From NCBI GenBank assembly GCA_028223895.1, contig JAOIVE010000002.1:1463-65462 (forward strand): a stretch of DNA of 64,000 bases, written 5' to 3'. Of the stretch, positions 27,262-36,113 are shown in pieces. A model generated the notes under the pieces. The model saw only the letters and a program-made list of their open reading frames with translations. It was not told the origin of the DNA and searched no databases. The DNA comes from Rickettsiales bacterium (GTDB lineage: Bacteria; Pseudomonadota; Alphaproteobacteria; Rickettsiales; UBA6187). A program made the position numbers and the translations under genes. Each line of letters begins with the position of its first letter. The first letter of the stretch is position 1.

Positions 27262-30084
27262 ATGAGTGGTGGTAAAGAGTTTGGTTCTGAAGATGTGCGT
27301 GAAGAGGGAGCTGGTGTCGGCGGTGGTGTTAATTCTGAAGCTAGGCAGATAGCAGTAGAAATTCCTGATGAACAAGACCAACCAGATGTAGATCTTGAAC
27401 AAGTTGTAGCTCAGGAACGGGAAACTGGTGGCCATGTTGCGATTGAAGTTGATCATTCTGCTGCAACCTTAGAAGAGTTATTAAAAAGGCCAAAAGGTGA
27501 CCATGGTGCATTTATTAATAAACTAAGATCTTACTCAAAAGATGATGGTGAAGAGCTTGTTGCGGCTGCAAAGAAGATTTTAGAAGCATCAAAAAGCTTT
27601 GCTGTAGCGTCATATGGTTATGCTAGTAAGAAAATTTCAGAATACAAATCGGGTGTTAAGCCTGTAGGTGATCTGAGTGAGCCTTTAATTGATGATGATT
27701 ATGATTATGATGAAGTTGAGTTGGAAGAAATTGTTTCTAGTTATCCAGAGTATAGTGAAGAAACAAAGGTAAAAACTGAAGATTATGTTGTTGGAGTAAT
27801 AAACCCTGATAAGCAGCAAGAATTGCTTGAATTATTAAAAGAAGCAAAAGAGATTAATAAGGAAGGTGGCGGCAGAGGTAAGCGCATAGCGCGAGAAGTG
27901 CTTAAAAGCTTTGGGCCTTCATTTTATTTTGGGCGTGCAGGTGTGTTTGCAGGTTTTTCGTCTGCTGGTGTTATAGGTAGTATGATGGGTGGTATTGCTG
28001 CGACGACAGCGGGTTTAGAGGCTTACGAATATTGTAAATATAAATTTACTGTAGAAGAAAATGAAGAAAATTTCAAAAGAATGAAAGGTCTTATCAATAA
28101 AGGATATTTAACTCGTGATACATTAGAGTTCCTTACGCAGGCTGAAATATATAAGAAGCCATTATATCCATATTCTTTTGACGCTAAAACAAGAGTAGAT
28201 ATGGTTAAAAATGCATTGTCAGTATTTTTTACGGCAGTAGGTGGCCCTTCTGCTTTTCTAAAAGCAGGAGCGCTTGCTAACATTGGAAGGTTTTTTAAAG
28301 ACAAGGAAATAGGCAAGCGTGTAGATGAAATGACATTGGATATGGGATCTATATTGGGAGAATATTGTACAGATCTTGTTTTATCTGAATCTGGTGTGGA
28401 TGAAGATGAAATTGAAAATAAAAAAGTTCCAATAGAAAGATTAGGGTTATTTTCACAAATCATGCAGCTTATGCGTACTGCGGAAATCGTTCAGGCTCTT
28501 AAAAAAGGGGATGAAGAAGAAAAAGATGTTAAGCCTTCAGGTGATGAGTTAGATGTTGAAGAAGACGCTAAACTTTCAGATGCTAAACTTAAGCTCAGAC
28601 CTGGTTTCTCCGGACATCTTGATCAAAAAGATAATCCTAAGAATGCGCTTTCATCTATTTTAGATGATACTTTAGCTAAGGTAGGTGACGAAGGGTCTTA
28701 TTTTGCAAAAGTCATTAATTCATCTACTAGATCTTTACGCACGTGGGGTAATATTTCACTTGTGTTATCACAATTATTAAAAACGACAATTTCTTATGCA
28801 GAGGAGAGCACTCTTTTAAAAGTTTCTCCTTTGCTTGCGTCTATAGGAGCAACTTTAGTTGGAGCTTTAGTTAATTATAACAAAGATGAGAAGCAATATA
28901 GTAAAGAAATAACTGCGGTGATGGAAAAAGTACACAAAGAAGGAGGTGGTGCTGTAACTCTTAAAGATTTATCTACTTTATCTAGATTGGATGAATATAT
29001 AGACCTCGAAGAATCAGGTGTTCAGGCCGCAGGTGACTTTACTCTTGCTGCTGCTATTTATAGTTTGGATAATTTTCTCTCTAGCAGTCCTTCAAAGCTT
29101 GGTTTTCTAGGAGAATTGGGTGCCACAGTAGCATCTGTTCCTTCTTATTCAGAAAAATCACATTTTGATGAAGCACTTTCCAGATTAAATACTCAATTGG
29201 CAACAGTTGCCGCCACTGATGATAGTGTTTTTGATAGCTTAGCTGAAGAAAAGGAAACAATAGAAAAAGATTTTGTTCAGCAGTTAAGGAATAATCCGCA
29301 AGTTGTTGAGAAGATCAAAAAAAGCATGCAAAATTCAAAATATCGTACCAGCTCTTCTATGGTTGCAGGAATTGTTGGTGAGATAGTTAGCAATGGAATT
29401 TTAGGAGAGGATTCTGCGTTGCCGCCTATAATAGGTGGTGCGTCAACGGCAGGTGTATTTGCTCTGTTTGTGGTAGGAAAAGTCTTAAAAAATTCACTTT
29501 ATAAAGAGGACTCAGATTCAGAGCTTCACTTTGATAATGAAGTAGATCGAGTTCTTTCTTCTAAAGATTCTATTAAGGAGTTTTTAAAGGAAATTGATAT
29601 TGCTAAACTACATAAGCAAGAAGTTATAAATCCTAACCTTAGCAGAAGTGAAAAGGCGGCTGATCCATTAACGCTTAAGGGTCTAGCCTTGCTTGCTGGG
29701 TTTGTTGCGGTCGGGTTTACCGGAACTTCAGTTGCATTGGAGGCTTCTGGTGTTTCTGATAATTCTTTTGATCCAAGTTATTCAATTTCAATGATTAACG
29801 CCTTACCATTTTATCATGGAAGTTTGCCTCTAATGCAAGATAGGGTTGATCCTTCGCTTAGAAGAATGGAGCATCTTGCAAATTCAGTTGTTCGTGGGTT
29901 AGAAAAATCTAAATTATCTGAAGCTGACATCACTCCGGCTCCAAGTGAAGCGAGTCTTTCTGATGTTGATGTTTCTAGTGATATTGGCGAAGAAGGTGAA
30001 GAACTAGGTGCTGGTGTTGGTTTCGCTGCTGTTGAAGAAGAAAAGCGAGCGGGAAGGTCGGATTCTAGCCAAATAATGCCGTAA
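27262..30084 (+). CDS. 940-aa protein of unknown function; acidic termini and several Gly/Ala-rich hydrophobic (possibly bilobed TM) segments; effector/membrane-protein candidate
   Basis: A strong AAGGAAG SD. Long uninterrupted ORF with no family recognised and no N-terminal signal peptide. Hydrophobic blocks include GRAGVFAGFSSAGVIGSMMGGIAATTAGL and SSMVAGIVGEIVSNGILGEDSALPPIIGGASTAGVFALFVVG. Confidence 0.7.
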   Translation: MSGGKEFGSEDVREEGAGVGGGVNSEARQIAVEIPDEQDQPDVDLEQVVAQERETGGHVAIEVDHSAATLEELLKRPKGDHGAFINKLRSYSKDDGEELVAAAKKILEASKSFAVASYGYASKKISEYKSGVKPVGDLSEPLIDDDYDYDEVELEEIVSSYPEYSEETKVKTEDYVVGVINPDKQQELLELLKEAKEINKEGGGRGKRIAREVLKSFGPSFYFGRAGVFAGFSSAGVIGSMMGGIAATTAGLEAYEYCKYKFTVEENEENFKRMKGLINKGYLTRDTLEFLTQAEIYKKPLYPYSFDAKTRVDMVKNALSVFFTAVGGPSAFLKAGALANIGRFFKDKEIGKRVDEMTLDMGSILGEYCTDLVLSESGVDEDEIENKKVPIERLGLFSQIMQLMRTAEIVQALKKGDEEEKDVKPSGDELDVEEDAKLSDAKLKLRPGFSGHLDQKDNPKNALSSILDDTLAKVGDEGSYFAKVINSSTRSLRTWGNISLVLSQLLKTTISYAEESTLLKVSPLLASIGATLVGALVNYNKDEKQYSKEITAVMEKVHKEGGGAVTLKDLSTLSRLDEYIDLEESGVQAAGDFTLAAAIYSLDNFLSSSPSKLGFLGELGATVASVPSYSEKSHFDEALSRLNTQLATVAATDDSVFDSLAEEKETIEKDFVQQLRNNPQVVEKIKKSMQNSKYRTSSSMVAGIVGEIVSNGILGEDSALPPIIGGASTAGVFALFVVGKVLKNSLYKEDSDSELHFDNEVDRVLSSKDSIKEFLKEIDIAKLHKQEVINPNLSRSEKAADPLTLKGLALLAGFVAVGFTGTSVALEASGVSDNSFDPSYSISMINALPFYHGSLPLMQDRVDPSLRRMEHLANSVVRGLEKSKLSEADITPAPSEASLSDVDVSSDIGEEGEELGAGVGFAAVEEEKRAGRSDSSQIMP

Positions 30085-30112
30085 TATTAATGAAATATTA
30101 ATAAATTAACTA

Positions 30113-30141
30113 TTGACCTTTTGTACCAAAAATTGTACCAT
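30113..30141 (+). promoter_or_regulatory. Promoter candidate for the 35-aa peptide gene
   Basis: TTGACC-N17-TACCAT. Followed by the perfect inverted repeat TACAGTA-CA-TACTGTA (30147-30162) and an AAGGA SD. Confidence 0.45.
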
Positions 30142-30184
30142 AATGATACAGTACATACTGTAAAATATATAAGGATGTATCATT

Positions 30185-30292
30185 ATGAAAAATAAAATAT
30201 TTTTGGCACTTTCTTTGGCCGTATTGGTAGCTGTAATAGCTGAACCTTCATTAGCTAAAGATGGTTGCGGATTTTTAGGCTGCGGTTGGTAG
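30185..30292 (+). CDS. 35-aa secreted Cys-containing peptide precursor candidate (MKNKIFLALSLAVLVAVIAEPSLAKDGCGFLGCGW)
   Basis: Below the ORF-track length cut-off. AAGGA SD 9 nt upstream. Textbook Sec signal (n-region MKNK, h-region, c-region SLA|K). Own promoter-like element and a strong terminator directly downstream. Confidence 0.6.
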   Translation: MKNKIFLALSLAVLVAVIAEPSLAKDGCGFLGCGW

Positions 30293-30316
30293 TCCTATAA
30301 ATTTGAAAAATAAAAG

Positions 30317-30348
30317 AGCCTGGCTATTTATTTAGCCGGGCTTTTTTA
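30317..30348 (+). terminator. Rho-independent terminator after the 35-aa peptide ORF
   Basis: AGCCTGGCTA-N6-TAGCCGGGCT stem (one G-U pair) followed by TTTTTT. Confidence 0.8.
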
Positions 30349-30491
30349 CATCTGTAACAATCTAAATATTATTCTGATATTTACTAAGCATTTTCCTGTG
30401 GAAAACTAAAATTATAAGGTTGTCGTCAGGCTATATTAATTATAGTCTGTTTGATACTGCCTTGTTTTTTAAGTTACATGTGAGTTACATA

Positions 30492-31217
30492 ATGCAAGAT
30501 CTTGTGAAGATTGAAGAGGTTAGTAGGTCATTTGGGGATATTCTGGCCGTAAATAATATATCTTTATCGGTTAAAAAAGGTGAAGTTCTGGGTTTTTTAG
30601 GGCCAAATGGAGCTGGTAAATCTACAACTATGCGCATGATTACAGGTTATATCTCACCAACCAGTGGAAAAATATCGGTTTGTGATCGTGACATTTGTGA
30701 AGATCGTATAAATGCCCAAAAACATATAGGCTATCTTCCTGAGGGCGGCCCTCTATATGAAGATATGACGCCTGCTTCGTTTTTATCTTTTGTGGCAGAT
30801 GTGCGTAAACTGGATAATCAGTTAAAAAAGGCACGTATTGAGTATGTTGTAGAAAACCTGCATCTGTCAAAAGTCTGGTATCAGAATATTGATACTTTAT
30901 CTAAGGGTTATAAAAGGCGGGTTGCTTTGGCGCAGGCAATTTTGCACGACCCTGATGTGTTAATACTTGATGAGCCAACTGATGGGCTGGATCCAAACCA
31001 GAAATATGAAGTTCAGAATCTTATTTCTTCAATGTCTGCAAATAAATCAATAATAATATCAACTCATATTTTAGATGAGGTTGAGGCATTATGCTCAAGG
31101 GCAATTATTATTGATAATGGTAAAATTGTAGCTTCTGGGACTCCTAAGCAGCTGGTTGGAAAATCAAAAAATCTGACTGAATCATTTAGAAAAATAACAA
31201 GTAAAAAAGTGGCATGA
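30492..31217 (+). CDS. ABC transporter ATP-binding protein (ABC-2/GldA-like)
   Basis: ATG at 30492 (the track start 30420 is too long). Walker A GPNGAGKST, signature LSKGYKRR, Walker B LILDEPTDGLD. Confidence 0.92.
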   Translation: MQDLVKIEEVSRSFGDILAVNNISLSVKKGEVLGFLGPNGAGKSTTMRMITGYISPTSGKISVCDRDICEDRINAQKHIGYLPEGGPLYEDMTPASFLSFVADVRKLDNQLKKARIEYVVENLHLSKVWYQNIDTLSKGYKRRVALAQAILHDPDVLILDEPTDGLDPNQKYEVQNLISSMSANKSIIISTHILDEVEALCSRAIIIDNGKIVASGTPKQLVGKSKNLTESFRKITSKKVA

Positions 31218-31951
31218 TTAAAGATATAAAAGTTATATTTAACAGGGAGTTAAGGGGGTATTTTGATACTCCGGTTGCATATGTGTTTGTTGCAATATTT
31301 ATTTTGCTATCAGGCATTTTTACATTTTATCTGGGAGGGTTTTATGAGTCAGGGCAGGCGGATTTAGCTCCGTTTTTCATGTGGCATTTATGGCTTTATC
31401 TATTTTTAGTGCCGGCAATTTCAATGAGATTATGGGCAGAGGAAAGACGTTCGGGCACTATAGAATTTTTAAATACTTTACCAATTTCGACTTTGGACTG
31501 TGTTATTGGTAAATTTTTTGCCGCCTGGGCGTTTTGCGCGATTGCATTATTTTTAACATTGCCGATCTGGATAACAGTTAATTATTTGGGTGATCCTGAC
31601 AATGGCGTGATTATTGCCGGATATATCGGCAGTCTTCTTTCAGCCGGTGGCTTTCTGGCGGTTGGCTCTTGTATGTCGGCAACTACACGCAATCAGGTGG
31701 TAGCATTTGTTATTAGTATTACAGTTTGCTTCTTATTTATAGTTAGTGGTTTTCCTATGGTTCTTGACTTTTTTACAGGCTCCGGGATGCCGCAATTAAT
31801 CATAGATATGGTAAGTTATTTTAGTTTTTCCGTACATTTTGACGATATATCAAAAGGTATTATATCGATCAGTTCAATTATATATTTTGCATCTTTCATG
31901 GCGTTCTGGCTTTTTGTAACAGCCGTAATAATAGATAGTAAAAAGGCGTAA
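31214..31951 (+). CDS. ABC-2 family permease (GldF-like)
   Basis: ATGA overlap with the ATPase gene. Six-TM protein of 245 aa. The RE.RSGT.E motif (EERRSGTIEFL) is typical of ABC-2 permeases. Confidence 0.85.
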   Translation: MIKDIKVIFNRELRGYFDTPVAYVFVAIFILLSGIFTFYLGGFYESGQADLAPFFMWHLWLYLFLVPAISMRLWAEERRSGTIEFLNTLPISTLDCVIGKFFAAWAFCAIALFLTLPIWITVNYLGDPDNGVIIAGYIGSLLSAGGFLAVGSCMSATTRNQVVAFVISITVCFLFIVSGFPMVLDFFTGSGMPQLIIDMVSYFSFSVHFDDISKGIISISSIIYFASFMAFWLFVTAVIIDSKKA

Positions 31952-31958
31952 TATCAAT

Positions 31959-33818
31959 ATGTTAAAAGAATATTTTAAATCAAAACATTCAAGCTATATA
32001 ATTTTGGCAGCGTTCATATTATTTTTTTCTATAAATATAATAGGGCGTTATGGTCTTGATAAATATGACTTTGACTTTACAGAAGAGGGGATATTTACTC
32101 TTTCAGATGGAACAAAAAATATATTAGCTAAAGTTGAAGAACCAATTAAATTCAGATTGTTTTTTTCAAATAAGCTGGCAAATGGAATTCCTAACTTAAA
32201 GAGCTATGCTTTGAGGGTCAGGGGTATTTTAGAAAAATATGCCAGCTATTCTAATGATAATATAACGCTAGAAGTTATAGATCCTGAGCCATTCTCAGAT
32301 GAGGAAGATCTGGCTGTTTCCTATGGTTTGAATGGGGTGAAAATTGATCAGATTGGAACTAAATTATATTTTGGATTAGTTGCAACAAATTCAGTTGATG
32401 ATGTTCAATCTATACCTTTTTTTCATTTTAACAGAGAAAAATTTATTGAATATGATTTAAGCAGGTTGGTCTATGAGCTTGCAAATCCTAAAAATATAAA
32501 AATAGGAATATTATCAACAATTCCAATGCAGGGCAGCCCTATGATGGGAATTCCTGGTATGGGGGGTAAGGATTGGGGGATTTTAAGTCAGTTAAGAAAA
32601 ATGTTTTTGGTAGAAAATATAGCCCAAAATACAGAAGAAATTTCTAAAGATATAGATGTTTTAATGCTGGTTCAGCCGCAAAATTTATCTGAAGAAACAC
32701 TATATGCAATTGATCAATATGTTTTGAGCGGTGGCAAGGCAATGATTTTTGCTGACCCTAATGTTGAATTAACATCTATTGAGCCTGATAAAAGGGGTTT
32801 CTCTAAAAATATCAATAGGTTATTTTCTTCCTGGGGTGTGGCTATAAGTCCAGAGACAGTTGTTGGTGATCGCTTATTGGTGCGTGATGTTAAATTTGAC
32901 TCTGTTGCTAAAGGAGTGGTTGGCAATATAACTAATATTGCACTTACTCAAGATAATATAGACAGAGAAGATATTACAACAAGCATGCTCAAAACCATAA
33001 TAATGTCTTCTGCAGGAGCCATAAGGGAAACTAAAAATCACGAAACTAAAATAACTCCGCTTTTATATAGCAGTAATGAGGCGATGGAGGTGTCTGTAGA
33101 TAAGGTTGTTGGCGCTTCTGACTCTAACTTGCTTTTAAGAGAATTTGCTGCGCAAAATGAGTCATATGTTATGGCTGCAAGGATTACTGGGCCGGCATCT
33201 ACCGCTTTTCCTCATCATAATGTGAAGGCAAATCATATTTCTAAATCGAAAACACCTATAAATGTTGTTTTGATAACTGATGTGGATATGTTGCGCGATG
33301 ATTTGTGGGTTGAATATCAACGTTTCTCTGATTTTACTATTGCAAGGCCGATTTCTGATAATGGTGCTTTTGTGGTTAATTTGGCAGATCATTTATCAGG
33401 TAGTAGTGATTTGATAGGGCTGCGCGGAAGAGCTGTAACAACAAGACCATTTGATGTTGTTGACGATTTAAAGCGTAAAGCAGAAAAGAAATTTTTAGCA
33501 AAAGAAGATGAGCTGAAAATAAAGCTGGCGCGCACTGAAAGGCGTTTGGCGCAAATACAAAAAGATGCTCAGAATTCTTCCGGAGGAATTTCTGTATATA
33601 AAGCCAAGCAGCAAGATGCCATAAAGCAATTTACCGATCAGATGACAGATATTCGCAAAGAGTTACGAGGAGTGCGTGGAGAATTGCGCAAAGATATAGA
33701 GTCTCTTGGAGATTGGCTAAAATTTATAAATATTATATTAGTTCCTCTTTTAATTTTAATTGGCGCTATGTCTTTTGGTATTTATCGTCAAAAAAAGAGA
33801 AAACAGCAATCATTATAG
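31959..33818 (+). CDS. GldG-like ABC transporter auxiliary component
   Basis: 619 aa with N- and C-terminal TM anchors and a large periplasmic region. Gene order ATPase-permease-GldG-DUF4340 as in GldA/F/G-type clusters. Confidence 0.7.
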   Translation: MLKEYFKSKHSSYIILAAFILFFSINIIGRYGLDKYDFDFTEEGIFTLSDGTKNILAKVEEPIKFRLFFSNKLANGIPNLKSYALRVRGILEKYASYSNDNITLEVIDPEPFSDEEDLAVSYGLNGVKIDQIGTKLYFGLVATNSVDDVQSIPFFHFNREKFIEYDLSRLVYELANPKNIKIGILSTIPMQGSPMMGIPGMGGKDWGILSQLRKMFLVENIAQNTEEISKDIDVLMLVQPQNLSEETLYAIDQYVLSGGKAMIFADPNVELTSIEPDKRGFSKNINRLFSSWGVAISPETVVGDRLLVRDVKFDSVAKGVVGNITNIALTQDNIDREDITTSMLKTIIMSSAGAIRETKNHETKITPLLYSSNEAMEVSVDKVVGASDSNLLLREFAAQNESYVMAARITGPASTAFPHHNVKANHISKSKTPINVVLITDVDMLRDDLWVEYQRFSDFTIARPISDNGAFVVNLADHLSGSSDLIGLRGRAVTTRPFDVVDDLKRKAEKKFLAKEDELKIKLARTERRLAQIQKDAQNSSGGISVYKAKQQDAIKQFTDQMTDIRKELRGVRGELRKDIESLGDWLKFINIILVPLLILIGAMSFGIYRQKKRKQQSL

Positions 33819-33826
33819 GGATTTAA

Positions 33827-34855
33827 ATGAATCAGAAATACCAGCTTCGTTTATTTATAATAGCTATAATTTTTGGATTATTATCGCTTGTAATAGTTAG
33901 CAACTATAACTATTTGGCAAAAGAAGAAGATTCAGGAAAAATTTTTAACGAGCGCCTTGCAAAAAATATAAAAGATGCAAGCGGCATTAAAATAAGTCAT
34001 AAGGGTAAGGGCTTCAGCATCAAGATTGAAAATGGAGTTTGGGTTTTACCCGCTAAATATAACTATCCTGTTAAGGCCGACAAAGTTCATAACTTGATAT
34101 TAAGGGCTTCGCAATTAGTAATTCTTGAGAAAAAAACTGCTGATCCATCAAGATTTGAAGATCTTGATTTGGGAGATTCTAATAGCGACAAGTCAGAATC
34201 TATAACTGTTCATATCACAGCTGAAGATGGAAAAATAACTCTAGCTGATTTTATTGTTGGTAAATTAAGAAAAGGAGCTGGTGGTAATAAAATAGATTCA
34301 TCATTTTATGCAAGACATTCTGGCAAAAATCAAACATGGCTTGTAAAAGGTAATTTGGATGTTGATTTAGATGCCGATGCTCTTCTTGACACTAAATTTA
34401 TAAGGATTGCAAATCACAGAGTTAAAAGTGCTGATATAAATATAGTCAGCGGTAGAAAGGCGGTCAAAATATCACGCCAGGAAGCATCGGAAAATGACTT
34501 TAAGCTTAATAATATAGGCAAAAACGAGATAAATTCGCAAACTGCTATAAATAATATAGCCTATATTCCTGCGCGTTTAAGCTTTAAAGATATTATTCCT
34601 GAGGAGGATTTTAAGGCAAAAAAAATCTCTGTTGCAACATATAAGACATTTGATGGTTTGCGGCTGGAAATTTCTAATTATAAGAAAAAAGATAAATATT
34701 GGGTGAAGATAAAAGCCTATGCTGATAAAGAATCTTCTAATGAAGTTAAGGAAGAGGTTGTAAAAATAAATAAACTTGTTAATAAATGGGTATATCAAAT
34801 TGATGATAATATTGGTAAGGAGTTAGCTCCTGAGAGAAAATATTTAATAAAATAA
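33827..34855 (+). CDS. DUF4340-like anchored periplasmic protein
   Basis: Single N-terminal TM, 342 aa. Conserved position after the GldG-like gene. The family call is by context only. Confidence 0.5.
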   Translation: MNQKYQLRLFIIAIIFGLLSLVIVSNYNYLAKEEDSGKIFNERLAKNIKDASGIKISHKGKGFSIKIENGVWVLPAKYNYPVKADKVHNLILRASQLVILEKKTADPSRFEDLDLGDSNSDKSESITVHITAEDGKITLADFIVGKLRKGAGGNKIDSSFYARHSGKNQTWLVKGNLDVDLDADALLDTKFIRIANHRVKSADINIVSGRKAVKISRQEASENDFKLNNIGKNEINSQTAINNIAYIPARLSFKDIIPEEDFKAKKISVATYKTFDGLRLEISNYKKKDKYWVKIKAYADKESSNEVKEEVVKINKLVNKWVYQIDDNIGKELAPERKYLIK

Positions 34856-34868
34856 GAAGTAGTTTGTT

Positions 34869-35558
34869 ATGGCAGGTAAAGGCGGCGTACCACAAAATAT
34901 TTGGGATAATATAGATTTGAAAGTTCCTGGCGGCAGAAGGAAGATACTTCTTCACACTTGTTGCGCTCCTTGTTCAGGTTTTCTGGTCGAACTTATGCTC
35001 AAGAAGGATCTTGATATAACGGTTTTATTTTATAATCCCAATATCCATCCTAAAAAAGAATATGAAATTCGTAAGCAGGAAAATATACGTTTTGCTGAAA
35101 AATTTGGCCTTCCATTTGTTGATGGCGATTATGACGTTGATAATTGGTTTGATAATACTGAAGGTATGGGAAATGATCCTGAAAGAGGTCGCCGCTGCGG
35201 TGTGTGCTTTGATATGCGTTTTTTATATACCGCAAAATATGCAGAAGCTAATGGCTTTGAAATATTTACAACATCTCTTGCTATTTCACGTCATAAGGAC
35301 AAAAATCAGGTTGATGCGTCCGGGCATTTAGCTGCATCTATGGTTAAAGGTGTTGAATATTGGGATTATAATTGGCGTAAAAAAGGTGGTAGTAACCGCA
35401 ATCAGGAAATTTCAAAAGAGCAGGGTTTCTACAGGCAACAATATTGTGGTTGCGTATATTCTTTAAGAGATGCAAATAACTGGCGTAAAGAAAAAGGGCT
35501 GGAACCTTTAGCTATCGGTACAAATGCGCAAATTATAGCTGAAAGCAAGACTGTATAA
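34869..35558 (+). CDS. queH: Epoxyqueuosine reductase QueH (DUF208)
   Basis: LLHTCCAPC, NPNIHP..EY, RCGVCF and YCGCVYS cysteine motifs characteristic of QueH. Confidence 0.88.
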   Translation: MAGKGGVPQNIWDNIDLKVPGGRRKILLHTCCAPCSGFLVELMLKKDLDITVLFYNPNIHPKKEYEIRKQENIRFAEKFGLPFVDGDYDVDNWFDNTEGMGNDPERGRRCGVCFDMRFLYTAKYAEANGFEIFTTSLAISRHKDKNQVDASGHLAASMVKGVEYWDYNWRKKGGSNRNQEISKEQGFYRQQYCGCVYSLRDANNWRKEKGLEPLAIGTNAQIIAESKTV

Positions 35559-35636
35559 CGAAATACAGCAATTTTGATTTATATTTGCTTTGCCGTGTGT
35601 TACAATAAAGTTATATAGATTTTTATTGGGGTTTTT

Positions 35637-36005
35637 ATGGCAGAAGGTTGTCTTATAGTTGAGGATAATGATCTGATTCGCGAGATATTGGAAGAATATA
35701 TCGAGCGTTTGGATTTGCCATACAGATCGGTTCGCAATGGCATAGAAGCTATGGATGCTTGTAATGATTATATACCAAGCTGTATCATTCTTGATTGGCA
35801 TATGCCAAATATGGATGGTGTTGAGTTTCTCACAAGATTAAGAAAAATGGAAGGCGGAAACCGTCCGCATATCATATTTTGTTCGTGTGATGATTTAAGT
35901 GGTCATAGGTCAATGTTAAAAGAGTTCGGTATTAGCGCCTATATTATAAAACCCGTTAAATTTAACGATATTGAAGATGTTATGAAAAGGTTGAATGTTT
36001 TATAA
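35637..36005 (+). CDS. Single-domain CheY-like response regulator
   Basis: Acidic pocket (VEDND), phospho-acceptor in ILDWHMPNMDG, and conserved KP near the C-terminus. 122 aa with no output domain and no adjacent kinase. Confidence 0.88.
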   Translation: MAEGCLIVEDNDLIREILEEYIERLDLPYRSVRNGIEAMDACNDYIPSCIILDWHMPNMDGVEFLTRLRKMEGGNRPHIIFCSCDDLSGHRSMLKEFGISAYIIKPVKFNDIEDVMKRLNVL

Positions 36006-36113
36006 TTATGATGCTTATGTAAAAAACTCTTGTACCAAAAAACATTTAGTCTAGAGTGCATCTTATTTTTTAATGTTATTTTTATATTGCTGTGTGTTTA
36101 GAAGGATAAAAAT

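Noticed and set aside
28023-28463. A 146-aa ORF on the minus strand inside the 940-aa gene.
   Set aside because: It is fully antisense to a much longer ORF that has a strong SD, it has low-complexity composition, and it has no start context. The same reasoning applies to the other short antisense ORFs in the track, such as 680-874, 1044-1232, 9550-9741, 21278-21595, 33162-33392 and 53140-53548.
30147-30162. TACAGTA-CA-TACTGTA resembles the arms of an E. coli-type SOS (LexA) box.
   Set aside because: The arms are in the opposite order and have the wrong spacing for CTGT-N8-ACAG. Alphaproteobacterial LexA boxes are also direct GTTC-type repeats. I kept it only as a generic operator-like palindrome.
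35062-35331. An 89-aa plus-strand ORF in an alternative frame of queH.
   Set aside because: It lies entirely inside queH, whose own frame carries all the diagnostic Cys motifs. An alternative-frame ORF is expected by chance.
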